From: Antedon mediterranea
Taxonomy: Eukaryota > Animalia > Echinodermata
DNA: 64,000 bases
NCBI RefSeq assembly: GCF_964355755.1
Contig: NC_092670.1
Span: 22,058,795-22,122,794 of the forward strand
Reading direction: 5' to 3'
Position numbers and translations under genes: made by a program. Positions 46,329-60,297 of the stretch are shown piece by piece. Within the stretch, counting starts at the first letter, position 1. Each line of letters opens with the position of its first letter. The notes under the pieces are model-generated. The model searched no databases and was not told the origin of the DNA. It was given only the letters and a program-made list of their open reading frames with translations.

Positions 46329-49300
46329 TCACAAAGTGTCGGAAGGTGGAACGTAGCAAGGGTGAAGTGGAGTTGTTTTGTTAAACATTAAAATATCCAA
46401 ATCCTTTTTCTTCGGTTCGTTTTCGGTGTCATCATAGTAAGACATCTTCAAAATGTCGATGCCTTTCTTTGCATGCTCATAGATATCTTTGGTCTTGTCA
46501 ACAAGATCCCAAAGAAGACTTAGATCAACCTGACAACAAACAAATTGTTTATATTATGCGTTATCTTGGTTTTTTTTTACGGGAACGAGAAGCAAAAATC
46601 TTTGTTCGAACCCTTTCTAACGATCTGGACAGGCTAGGCTTGAAGTGCGTGGCATTCTTAATACATCACCGTACTCTTTGATACAATACTTAAACTTAAA
46701 CTCGTGGTATATCTTGTCTTTAATATGGATGCTTACTAATCTACGCACGCGCACGTATTATTTAAGGCCCATTTACAAAGATCGACGATAACAAGATAAA
46801 TATGCATTTTTCATAGGGCCTACCTAAAACAAAAGAATTTTAAAAAGTTTTCCTCCTAAAACTATAGGATTATCATCTAGGCCTAGCTGCTTTTGACTGA
46901 CTGATGCCATTTTTCAACTTTACTGTGATAAAACACCATTGTTTGCCCTTCCAAGTTACTACTTACGTGAAAGTATCCACTGAACGGCGAGTCGAGATCA
47001 GCAACGACGTAACAGAGCAGTGTGATGGAGAATACCGTCAGAATACACATGGTGAGGTTCATTTCTGGTGACTGCGTCTGAGGAAAACAAATCAAATCGA
47101 CAAGTGAGTCGCGATGTCCGCGAAAACAGAGTAAAGTTTGAGTTTTACAAGATTGTTTAGCTCAGCCGATTCGTACGGAAATAACGCGTTAGACTACCGT
47201 AAATCTTCTAATACTAGTACGGTAACACATACTTTAATAGTAACCCCCCTTCTAATAGTAACCCCTTATAATAATAACCCACTACTCTAATACTAGTAAC
47301 CCACACGGGGGTTACTATAGAGTCACAATGACTTGATCTCGGAAGTTGGGGAGTATTGAGTGCTTTTGAGTTTATATAAAATATAAAGTTAGAGTTCAAC
47401 CAAATTTTTTTATTCGTACTGTTTTAATATTTTGCTATGAGTTGCTGACCAAAAAGTTAGGGTGGGTTACTATTTTCAGTTGCCTAATTTAAGATTAGTA
47501 ATAGTAACCCACTACTCTAATAGTAACCCCCCCCCCCCCCCCTTCTAATAGTAACCCACCCTAACACAAATTAAAGAAAAATAACCCAGGGTTACAATTA
47601 GAAGATTTACGGTACTGTGTGTGTCAGGAGAGGCTACAATCCCATGGGATAAAGGTGGCTGTCAGAAGACGCGATACTATGATGATGTTCATAGTATCTA
47701 GACATCATACACCATTCGCAAGCAATAGATTATCCGAACTGTTTGTCAACTCGCTTAAGCTTGGTTCCCACTAGAACGTAACGCAAGGACGTAAACGCAA
47801 CGCAAGCGTTTTAACCAATGACAAGCGAAGTTATAGACAGTTAGCAATCACAAGCGAATAAGCCATCGCTTGTGATTGGTCAATTCACTTGCGTTGCGTT
47901 ACGTCCCTGCGTTGCGTCGCTAGTGGGAACCACGCTTTACGCTACACTTACGTCCCTGCGTTACGTCCTAGTGGGAACCAATCTTAATACCCTACCTCGA
48001 TCAGCATGACTCCAAAGAATGAGAAGAAACCGACAATTTCCAGAAACGACCATTGTAGAGGGTGTACCTTGAATGACAGTGCTTGTTGTCGCTCAGATCC
48101 CCATTTGTTTAATTCCATTATGTTTGATATTATATGATCCTAAAATGTAAATATCTCATAATTACGTCTGTCATTAACATTTACGTTATTATTATTATTA
48201 CTACGTTATCTACTGGTTGACTTAACTGCTGATGATATTGTAAAACGTAATAAAACTTATTGGTCTGAAAAGGTCCCTACGATATTACGTTATACGACTA
48301 TTATAAACGTATAAAGCAACGTATATTGTAAGATAAGGACAGTTACTTTATTCAAATTCAGGACATCCAATCCCTTATATCCCAGGAGGCGCGCCTATAC
48401 TTACCATTATCAAATTATCAATACTCATGTGGTTGTCTCGAACGTTTGCGCGCAGTATTCCCATAACCTATTTCATAAAAACAAAAAGAAGTCTCCGTCC
48501 TTCGTAAAATATGCGTTTACAGTAAATTCCGGGCCTTTAAAGATGTATTGTCCCTGAAAAAATAATTCTGAACAAAATTTTTCGTGAATATGCCATTTTA
48601 CTGTAACATAATAGTTATCCACTTTGACCAAAAATTGGATCTAAAAAATAATGTAGGCCTATTTACCTGAAAAACTGTAATTTATAGAAAAAAATGGTAA
48701 AATCGGCTGCCAGCCAATAGGTTTTTGGTTGAATTTAACCATTTTATATTATATTACATTATTTTTTTTCGTTTTTTGTTCTACTGAAGTGATTGTTAAA
48801 ACTACCAAATAACATATTAAAAGTCTGATTTAATTAATCTTCATTTTTTCATGTTTTTGGGGGACAATACATCTTTTTAAAAACACATTAGTTGTATAAA
48901 AGGCAATAGGCAATAACATATTCGGATCACGTCTGACAACCAGTGCGCTTACCATTGTTCTGACATAATACTGAAATTGTTTAAAATGATTTATGCCCAC
49001 ACATAATCTCCGTTACATCAATCTGAAGTTATAGAATAAAAGTTTTAAGAGAGTATGTACCTTCCAAATTTGTCCAGAAGATGTATGTGATTTGTAGTCT
49101 GAAATGCTAAGTCCGCGTATGCCCTGAATTTGTTCCATTATGGAAATTGTCTCGTCTTTCACACACCTGCATACCTGAATGAAGAAAAGTGAACGTTAGG
49201 CTTAAATGCTGATAATTAATAAGGTTTTGACGCGGTACGGCCCCTATACTTGAAGTCACATTATTTACTTCGCACATTTGACCCTGCACACAGTAGTTGA

Positions 49301-51990
49301 AACGACATGTTGGCTGTATTTGTTTGTCAACATACGGTATTACCTTTCGCTTTTCTTCAAGAGTTGCCCTCGGTAACTGTGCCGTCAGCGAAAGAATCTG
49401 ATCAAGAAACCCAATCTCTAAAGAAACTGCGTCCAGAATCACTTTCTGCTTTTCTAAAACCGATTGGAAAGTGAACCCAAAGGATACCCTAAATTGAGAC
49501 AGAAAGTGGACGTAAATAACATATTGTTTTTTTTTATTGTTGCAATATTTATACCTTACATACATTTTCTGTCATGAATGCGCCTGTAAATTTAATATAT
49601 CATTGTCATCATTGAACGATTGTTTACTATAGATAGATTGATCGATATTCAAATTGAAGACTAACTTCGGAGAGTGTATCTAAACGGTCTCCGATCGCTT
49701 TATCAGGTTTTATCGAGTGCTATCGTCAGAATTGAGAACCTATTCGTTTGAAATAAATGATAATAATAAGTAGACCTACTTACGCATAAACAAGACCAGC
49801 CGGTGCTAAGAAACATGCTGTGAATAAGGGTATAGTTAAAAAAAAGATACACAAATTGTAGTTTATTAAAACGTGGTTTGATGACTAATTATACACCACC
49901 ACCAATCTACACCCAAGATGTAAGCCCTTTGTAAAAGGCAACTGAACTGCAATGTCCCATCAATTGGCCAGTTTTAATACACAAGGACCTGGATGAACCA
50001 ACAGTACTAAAACAGCACCTCGTGATCAGTCGTTAGTGTTGTGATCGTTATCTGCGTGTTTCGTTATCATTATCTGTTGATCGTCGTCGTCGCGTCATCA
50101 TCATCGTCATCATCCATATTATGTTCATCATCATCCGTCTGTTCATTATCATCGTCGTCGTCATCATCATCGTCGTCGTCATCATCATCGTCGTCGTCAT
50201 CATCATCATCGTCGTCATCACCATCATCGTCATCGTCATCATCATCATCATCATCAACCTGTTCAACCCATGGACATGGTAATCATTACCATATTTGGGC
50301 ACACACATAGTTTGATAGTGTAGACAGAGCTTTACTTATGTTTAATGCTTATCATGGATGCACCCTGTCATCTCCAATCATAAGATACAGCTAGAACCCC
50401 TCCTTTGAAACGGCCCTCTATTTAGGAGACAAGTACTCTTATGAAGGAAACTGTCCCTTTGAACAATAGGGATATTTTAGGCCCCGAAGGTGTTATTATA
50501 ATTACCAATTGCGTCATTGATATTCGGCATTGAGTCGCCCCAGAAAATGTTTATGAGTGGTAATCGTATAAACAAGACCAATGGACAGAATGCCAGCGAG
50601 AGAACTGCTGGGCAAGCAATGAAGACGAGGGCAAGTGGTTGATTGTAATGGTGCCTCAACCCATCCATCGCGTCGTTGTCAGATGACGATATAACTAAAA
50701 AATATAACAAAGTACTGCATATCAGCCTTTTGGGCGATCAAGTACGGCAAGGAAGCAATATATAAAGCAAAAAAAGGTGAGTGATTGTAATGACATCGTA
50801 TACAGGTAGTAAATACATTACAGATACATAGTATATAAAGGTAGTATAATAAATCATCTAGAGCGATATAAAAATACGTTTGAAAGTAACATTTACTGAA
50901 TAAATAAACCTCTGATTAAATAAAATATAAATGTTGTATACTTATATTTTATTTTTGTTTGAGATTATCTCAAGTTTATTTTAATTCTCAGTGATGAATA
51001 TATTGTATAAATACAAGTAGGCCTACATTTGTGACAATTAAAGTAAGCGTTTAAAGTAGTTAAAATACAAATATATTTACATAAAATAATTGAATTCAGT
51101 ATTAACCATTATTTGTTTTCATTTAAAATTTTAGATACGATGTTAATTAAAATGTAAAAATGGAAGATGGCGGTAATACATGATTAAAATTTTTCTTGTT
51201 AAACTATCTTATTTGTGTTCTTATTTTTGTGTTCGAGTACAGAGGCTATAAACTCAGGGGAGTAATATGGCGTATCCTCCCTTTTCACCAAGACAAAATG
51301 GATGAATGAAAAAAAGAGGAATGCAAAAGTTTGAAAGTTAGATATTTAGAATGATAGCTTGAAATGATATATTAATGAAAACCGTAAGGTTAGAGTCCAT
51401 ACACTGTGCAAATCCAAGATGCGATTTTTAATTAGGTCTTTATTTTAAATAAAGTTCTTTATTTATTTTGTAGGGCTTATAACAAAACGTTGTACTTACA
51501 TTCGTCAGCGATGTTCTTGTAATCATCCATAATGAAGTTAAATGTAGAGTTTAGTTTACGCCTTTCTTTCATTCGGTCTTTTTTACGTTTATATTGTTGG
51601 ATTTTAGCGCAAATCATAAGGAACAACAAAGCTATAAAAGTATAAAAACCAAACCAACAACTTAACAGATTTCGTCATTTTTATTTATTAATTTACTCTC
51701 AACATCTTCATAGACAAAAAATTCACTTAATATATCAATTTCCACGATAAAGCAATTCATGGGAAGCCTGACTTACCGGCGATGATAAGAAATATCAGAG
51801 ACATTGGTGGGACCAATATTGCCTCTGGTGAAATTTCCTCGGCTTCAGATTCTGCTTCTGGATAAACATCGTCAAGACTCATTTCGGATTCGGCCTCCGG
51901 CTCAGCTTCTGAGAAACTCATTTCGGCTCCGGCCTCCGGTTCCACAAAAGCCATTGCTTCGGCACTAGGTTCAGTTTTTGCTGTGGTCAT
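46329..51990 (-). CDS. Multi-pass membrane protein with DUF4239 (bestrophin-like) features, about 448 aa
   Basis: Ten exons splice in frame: 51777-51990, 51500-51631, 50506-50694, 49784-49817, 49344-49488, 49061-49174, 48405-48467, 47996-48139, 46967-47077, 46329-46529 (1347 nt). About 5 hydrophobic segments; motifs AGLVYAVSFGF and VADLDSPFSGYFHVD; acidic EPEAE-repeat N-terminus. The family call comes from motif recognition only. Confidence 0.75.
47197..47612. mobile_element. TcMar (Tc2/pogo-like) MITE with TA TSD
   Basis: TA|CCGTAAATCTTCTAAT...ATTAGAAGATTTACGG|TA, with internal TAATAGTAACCC repeats. Confidence 0.8.
47758..47936. mobile_element. PIF/Harbinger-type MITE family B (representative copy)
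   Basis: TTA|AGCTTGGTTCCCACTAG...CTAGTGGGAACCACGCT|TTA. A near-identical inverted copy lies at about 55082-55255, and relatives at about 52512-52860. Confidence 0.8.
50080..50256. repeat. Compound (ATC)/(GTC) trinucleotide microsatellite, intronic
   Basis: TCGTCGTCATCATC... run; it explains the poly-S and poly-M ORFs. Confidence 0.95.
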
Positions 51991-53895
51991 TTTCTGTGTC
52001 GATTCGTAACGGCTATAGAATTAAACTGACCACTGGTGGATTTGATAATGTATTTTAATATGGCCATAAGTAGGTATTGTTGTTGATGATGTAATTGGTC
52101 GCTTACTGTATGTGTTGACAAGGTCATTGTCAATTTATACAAGTGAATTATGTTACTAGGCCTACTGCCGTGTTCTTCTTCTTATAAATCGATACTCTAT
52201 TTTCTGTATTAAAACAACTGAGATCTAAAATCCAATTTACACAGACGAGCAACAGTAAGAACCGCGTAGCGTGGTTCACGTAGAATCTGTATCTACCTAA
52301 GCGGAAACCGCCCGTCCGCTCGGCGCTTTGTGATGGTCATATGGATTCTATTTTTGTATTTACCGTTATCGCTCGTCTGTGTAAATTGGCCTTAATGTAG
52401 ACCTCACATGGGTTTTGAACCAGGTTAGTACGTCAAATCACCAGGCACGGCACCGGCTTGCCACTGTGCCAGATTTGCTTTTCCGACAAAAAATGTATAA
52501 TGCATCAATATAAGCCTGGTTTCCACTAGCAACACATGGAAGACGTAAGCGCAACGCAAGTAATTTGACCAATCACGATGCGATGAATCTTTTATAGCAT
52601 CGTGATTGGTCAAATTACTACACTAGAGACACGTAAACGCAACGCAAGCGAGTTGATCCGAATGAAAAGCCGTTCACGTCTCTCACGTCACATACTTTGC
52701 CTTTACATCCTTGCGTTACGTCTTAAGCTTGGTTCCCATTTAGGACGCAACGCAAGGACGTAAATGCAACGCAAGCGTGTTGACCAATGACAAGCGACAG
52801 TTCGAATAATCCATCGTTTGTGATTGGTCAACTCACTTACTTGTGTTGAGTCTCTATTGAGAATCAAACATTAATGTGAACATTGTTCTGGTAGTCAGGC
52901 TAATACGTTTAAAAGTTATACCGTACGTGTCATCATCGACTTTTTTCGTCTACATCATCTACTAGGCTACCTTTTCCATAATTGTTTGTATGATGCGCTC
53001 TCTACGCATCATTTCAAGCACAGTATGAGAAGATACTAACGACTGTGTATCAAGGCCAGGCCCGATTTGAGTGCAACGACACATTGCATCCAGTCCTATA
53101 ATAATTGGAGAAAATTAAATTACGATTAACCTAAACACCATCAATAATCGATACAATTGATTTTTTTAAAAGGAAAAGTGAATAATTCGTTTGCAGATAA
53201 ACTGTAGTATTAATGATGTAATATTAGTAGACCTAAAGTAACGTGTCGTATGTCATGCGATGAGTGATATTGAAAGAAATAACTTGCGCGTGCGTGGGAC
53301 GCGCATATATTAAAATATACCATAACCACAGGAAGTAGTTCAATATGTTTAAATGTGTTTAAATAATGTGATGTATCTTCTTCAATTCATTTCATTTATT
53401 TATTTTACCAGAAATGCAAACATATAAAACGGATCAGGAAAAAAGGTGCTATTTGAAGTGTTGCTCTGGACAAAATTACTTTATTTCTTCAATTATCGTA
53501 CAAAATACCATTACCGGTAGGCCTATATGGCATTGTACATCTTTAAATTGACGAGCAATGAATTGATGTTTTTTCACAATCAAGCACGTAGTTTCTGACC
53601 ACTTAATATCGATGATGCAATTAATGAATGCAAAAGCAATCATTATTTTTCAAGATTTATCTCAAAGTCAAAAGCCTTTTTCTTTTAATTATGTTTTTGA
53701 AAATGAATAGAATAATTGACCTAGCCTGCACTAGACTAACGGATGCTTCGTTATAAAATATAATGAGTTCGATTGGTCAGGCTATACAAATCACAAAACT
53801 ATGAACATATCAAAGATTGTATAGCGCCGTTAATACAATCTTTGAACATATGACATCTCCAGAAGATCTTATCGAAGACATACGATTTGTCAACA

Positions 53896-56800
53896 ATGCC
53901 GAATCTAACATCCACCCCGATAGGCTTAATTTTGGTCTCCTCTGGTTCTAGAGGGGAAAAATTGTTATTTAAATACCCTTATCAAGAAAATAAAAGTGAA
54001 GAACATGTTGAAAATGGTGCGTATACATTAACTGTTATAAAATTAGATTAATATTTGCAAATTATCCCCCATTAAACACTAATCAAAGCTAGGCCATCAT
54101 TGTCAAACATCGAAAGGGCTAGAGGTCAAATTCCAACCCGATAAAATGTACATCTACCTACTTGAGATTCCGGGTTGTATAGGGCTAGCCCCAGATAAAT
54201 TAATTACCTGATATTCAGTCAATATTTAGTTAAACATGCAAACCAGCATTTATTATAAGCCAATAGTGCCTAGGTATGTATCTAGTCTTATAAATTATGA
54301 TTATCATAATTTAAAACAACTTTAAAAAAAAAATTATTATTAATCTTAATATATTATTTTTCAGCTAAACACAGCAGTCCATATGCTTTGCCAACGGAAG
54401 ATGATGATCTTCACTATTTTAGTGGGAAATCTCCCAGTGATTATACAGTTTTGGGAAAGCTTTATGGGTAAAAAAATGTTTACGTATTATTTTGCCCAGC
54501 CCAGTGTATCAAGGTCAGGGTATCTCCGGAATGGAGGAGGGATGAAATCAAGGGGGATCTGGGTGACTTAATCAGCATAAACACATTTCATAGGAAGTGC
54601 TTATTTTGGAGAGAGTGGGTGACATCTGGTTAGTCACATATTGGTGGGCAGGGCATCTATCAAGAAAGCTCCACCCTCTCCCTAAATATGATTATTTTCC
54701 ATCTTCTTTTCCATTTAGGTGGAGAGAACTGAAACATACTTTAAAACCATGAGGTTCTCATAAATAATAGATACTTTTTTTGATACAGATTCTCTGACAA
54801 GATTCTACCAGTGATATTGTGTAATGCAAGTTTGTGTGGGAAGAGGTTTGAGCTGACTGTAGATGATGTGAAATTTGTAGGTCATCCAACTGGTATCAAT
54901 GAAAGAGACATGAAAAACTCACGGGTTGGTAACACTTCAAATTTATTTTTCAATATAAACTTCACAATGAAAAATAATAAATATCCATCCTGAGGTAGTC
55001 TCATTACTTCGTTTAAGTAAGTGCGTTACCATTATGTTATTAAGATTATTAGTAGCTGGTCAAATTTAGGCTTTTACTCTAAGCGTGGTTCCCACTAGCG
55101 ACGCAACACAAGGTTGTAACGCAACGCAAGTGAATTGACCAATCACAAGCGATGGCTTATTCGCTTGTAATTGCTAACTGTCTATAACTTCGCTTGTCAT
55201 TGGTTAAAACACTTGCGTTTACGTCCTTGCGTTACGTTCTAGTGGGAACCAAGCTTAACTGTGTTCATTCATTATTTAGAAATACCAGAAATCTAGCAAG
55301 AGAGAAGAAACAACGATGACAATGTTTAGTCTTGTGTTTGTACTTAATGTAAGTCTTTTACAAATTTACTAGTTAAGTATTTTCAATTTAATTTTATATC
55401 TACAATATAAAAACATACAAAATAATAAATACAATGAAGTAATCATGAGGGTAGGGGGGGAGGGTCATAAAGACTTTAAGTTCGACCCACCCCAAGATAT
55501 ATAACATTAAATACCAAAAAGAAAAAAAATAGACGAAAAAAAATATATATATATATACATAAACTAATAATAAATAAAAGAAAACAAAGCTACAATTTCT
55601 ATTTAATCCACTTTACCTAATCTTAACTGGTCTTATAAAATATATATTTAACATTCATCACATCTTGAAAGTAAATAATTCTTGTATACTAATTTAAATT
55701 TAGAAGTTGTAGATGCAGTTTTAATTTCAACACCTTTCTGAAAACATCTTTTTCCCATATACTGTACCCACAGTAATATAACTGTTCAATGTTGACCATC
55801 ATTTAAGAAAAATAGCAACCTTTCTAAAACCCAGTATAACCCGTTCTATTTATTTTCTCTCTGTATTGTAACGTTCGTCCATCGACTACCATCTTAAAAA
55901 AGAGCTTCCTAACATCGGCTTTATAACGGGCGGTACTCACAAATTAATTTTCACTGTTTATAACACTAAGTGGAATCCTCATTGTACAGTAGGTGGCAAA
56001 TGTATATGGAAAGAACTGTGCAATATACTACAATGTATTAGAAGCATTACGTTGGGATCTTTTGGTTGTTCATTAATTATTCTGTAGACACTAAACTATA
56101 TATTAGCATGTTAAAACAAATAGTTATTCTTACATATGCTATTTTTATTCTTGTTATAGGATAATGCAGATGTTTCTGTAATTCATTGTTATCATGATTT
56201 ATGTAAGAGGCTTGCTCTAGCTTTGAAACATGAAGAGAAGAGGTGTGGTTACTTAAGCCATGAAGCCAAGACAATGCTCGCAGTACATGACGAGGTGACA
56301 GCAATGCCCGAAGGTCAGTTGCTTGGAAGATACAGGGCTAGCCTAGCTAGAACTCTAATACTACTCTGCAATATTCTATAATAGGATATTGCAGAGTTAA
56401 GCTTTGTCTACACTACTAAACTTTATTTGATGTGTCCATATATGGGCATGGTGATGTCATATTACTACCATATTTGGGCACATCACACTTTTTTGGTCAA
56501 ACTAGTTTGTGTAGACGGATCTTAATGTACAAGCTTTGAAATGACAAGATGACTGGTTAAGGATAAGTTGTAGTACAGTATGTTTACTGTGTTACCTGTG
56601 AGAGAGGTAGAGGAAGCAGTGGTGTCAGACTGTGTAGTTATAATTTAAACCTTATCAGATACTAAGATACATCTTTTTACAGATTCAGAAACCTCACCAT
56701 ATGGCTTAATGCTCACCAGAAGTAAATTATGTGAAGATCTTCGAAGCATATATCTTGGGTAAGAAATCTTAATCTTAATGTCGTGCTATTATATATATTA

Positions 56801-59800
56801 CATGTACAAGCAAACATTTTTGTTTATATTTCTCTGCTGTTCCTCTATATATGTGAAAAACAGTTGGTATTAATATTAGTATTATTTAATAGACATAGCA
56901 CTCTCATGAGGTTGCTGCATCTTTAAGAATTCTGAGATACACATTTGCTACCAATTGTTTACAAAACACGGTGTCTGACTTTTCTTCGTGTAACAACAAT
57001 ATTACACATAGCGGTTGGATAAATACGCTAGGCAGTAGTAAATTTTGTCGAAAAACTAATTCACTTTTATTATCTCGTTCCACTATTATTTCTTTTCAGT
57101 TTATGTGATACCGGTGTAACTAGAGTACATATTAACAATTGGATTGAAGTTAGTTTTTGTCTACCACATAAAGTTCACAAAGTTGATCAGATGCTTTCAA
57201 TAAAGGTAAAAATGATTTAACACAATATTTTAAATTTATTATATTTATTAAGGCTTGTAAAGAGCTTTATTATCTAAACAGTTATTCCTTTGAGGTTGTT
57301 TTAATTATCTTTCAGTCTGATATTGTTGAGAAATCCCTAGCTGCCATCCGACCATATCATGCCATGCTTCTATTGGAGGACGAGTCATCACTCATTATGT
57401 CTTTACCACCAGATTGTTCACCCTCATTGGTCAGAATCATTAAGCTAGCCACACCCCTTAAGAGTCTGCAGCAGCTGTCCCAGGATAGTGACATTGCTCT
57501 TTCACAGGTACAGCATTACTTTTTTATTTACTATACTAGTTACTGTACAACCTAAATCAGCTTACTGAGAAAATGAAACTACCCCATCTATACATCTATA
57601 TTATAATAGCACTAACCGGAATGTGTTACTCTATCTCTTCTTAAACTGTATCACAAATGTTAGTGTCGTTTAAGCTGGGACAACTTTTAATTCCTCTTTA
57701 GACATTCATCTATGTTAGAATGAAAAATCGGTCATATATCACACTCAGGTCGCAGAAAGGTCATCGCTAATAAAATGTTACACATCCATTAAACAGTTAC
57801 TCTGCTAGTAATGCTGTATTAATGTACATTATCTTGTCTTGTCTAGGTGTTTCAGCTGGTTGGTCATCTGGTTTACTGGGGCAAAGCTACAGTTATTTTT
57901 CCTCTTTGTGAAACAAATATCTACATATTATCACCTCAGTCACCAACATTTTTGAAGTAAGCTTAGTTTTCTTGTTGAGCGTCCATATTGTATTTTAAAT
58001 TTTTTTAATAAGTGCCGCAAAGAATTGGACTCGTATATCACATATTATTTTGTGATTCATTTTCAGCAATTTACAATTACTAGAAGACTTCAATTCTAAG
58101 TTCCCACAATTCCTACAGTTTCCTCTTGTGGAGAATGCTGGCCGTCATGCCATACTTATTTCTGTTCTGTCTGAGTTTTCTTTACCAACACCACTGAGTG
58201 ACCACACAAGCATCCTAGGCCAAAATCTGCAAAAGGTAGGCAAGGTTCAAGTGTGAATTTCTTATTTAAAAGCATTTATCATGTGCAACCCTTTAACTCT
58301 CTGTGTTTTTATTTTCTACCTGTCTTTCTAAATCTTATCCTTCCCAATTACATTTGGTCACACAATATAAATACAAATACTATTTTGAAGACATTTTTTA
58401 GAAAAGTATTAATTCTATATACATTTTTTTAGGGGGATTTGGTCAAATTAGTAGTATGGTTACTTAAAAGGAGGCTTTTAGTACAGGTATGTTTTAATAC
58501 AAAACTATTAAGTAAGTTTAACTTTATAATCAATTAAGCAAATAATAAAATATTATGTGTGTACCTAAGCAATGTATTGTAGGTATGTTTCATTATAATT
58601 AATGATATTCTCAAATCAGCAATTAGTATGTGTTATATATTATTACTACTTTTTGTAGCGTCACACATACACATTTTTGGTACCAATGGACCACGAGGAG
58701 GAGGAGGAAAGGAAACCAGGAAAGCATTCTGTAAAGGCACTAGGGGGTGCCCTACATAAATTGGATTTTGAGCTAAAACCACCACAATCTGAGGCAATGT
58801 CAGGTATTACTTGGTTTTCATAATTTAATTGAGTTATATTATGATACAGTAACTATTTCAAGAACTAATTGACTAAAGCTCTGCTGTCTACACTATCACA
58901 CTTTATGTGATAAAAAAGTGTGATGTGCCCATATACTGTATGGACATGATGTCATACCACTACCATATTTGAGCATATCACTACAATATTTGGGTACATC
59001 ACACTCTTTTTGTCAAACTAATTTGATAGTTTAGACCGAGCTCTATAATATTAACTGTCAACTCAACAGTTAGCTGAATTCATCAGTTTCAATTTGTTTA
59101 AAAGTTTTTTTTTTTAACATTTTCTAGTTGATTCTGATGACATCAACACAGCCACTAGTACAAGTTTCGAAACTTTTTCAACACGTTCAGCTGATGAGAC
59201 CCAGGGGGCGCTGTATCGCAGACGGTCGATGGAGATATTAACAGAGTACCTATCCAAGGACGAAATTGAAAGTGTGTGTAAAGTTCCTGCAGCAAACTCA
59301 CCAGAAGATTTAAAGCTCTTTGCCAGGTAAATCGCCTAGTAATCTATTGAAGAGGGTGCCCTGTGTGCTGTTTCATATTCAAATGTTACCTGTCTTTAAT
59401 ATACTGTCGTTTATTCATGTTTTTTTTTTCTGGTTTTGCTATATTATCATTTTCTACTTTATTTATTTATTAATACTGTATTTAAAGTATTTTTAAAGTA
59501 TATTCAGTAAGTTTTTTCTTTCTGTGTTTTCATCCCTCTTAATTTTCTGAACTTAAAACTCTATTTTCTTAATTACTGTTGTTAACATAAGAAAAATAAA
59601 CATTCGTTTGATCAACCAGTACAAACATAATGTATGGATATTACTGAGTAACTTCTGAATATTTTGTTTTTAGGTTGTGTCCATATTTTCGAGGACATCA
59701 CCATCTTGAAGAGATTATGTATTTAGAAAATGTAAATAGATCACAACTACACACAATACTAGACAAATTCAGCAGCGTGTTGTTTACATGTGTACACGAA

Positions 59801-59836
59801 GATGCAGCCACCATCACGTACAAAGAATTTTTGTGA
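53896..59836 (+). CDS. NPRL3: GATOR1 complex subunit NPRL3
   Basis: Exons 53896-54016, 54365-54467, 54789-54924, 55280-55348, 56160-56313, 56683-56758, 57100-57205, 57316-57507, 57847-57956, 58067-58235, 58433-58486, 58659-58803, 59128-59326, 59674-59836. Motifs [85 protein letters not shown]. Confidence 0.95.
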
Positions 59837-60297
59837 GGGCAGTATTTAGAAAATGTATATTATCACAACTACATATGCATGTCTACCTTCAATTTGAGAC
59901 AACTGTGAACTCAAAGTAGTGTTACCATCACGTAGTGATGCTGAAACTAAGGACCATTAACATATGGGTCACAGGTTTAAATTAACAAGTTGCATGCTTT
60001 GGTGAAACCAAGAAAACTGCTATTTTATGTAATATATTATATTTATTAAAATATGTCAATTTATTAAAACACATTATTCATTTTTAATAAAGTGTTAAAA
60101 TCAGCAGATCTGATTAAATTATTTAAAAAGTTCACTTCCAATTGAGATTGTAACTAAATAAAATAATTGAAGCTATGTTCACAGTGAGGCTAGATTCCGG
60201 TTGGTGGCCTTATAAAAGAATCGTGGAGAATAGGTGTATATGTATTCCGTACACTAGAGTTTTCTCTGGCCATTGGACCAATCCAGACTCGGTGTGA

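Noticed and set aside
50041-50310. Poly-Ser and poly-Met/Thr ORFs
   Set aside because: They are translations of an intronic (ATC/GTC)n microsatellite that runs into a MITE end.
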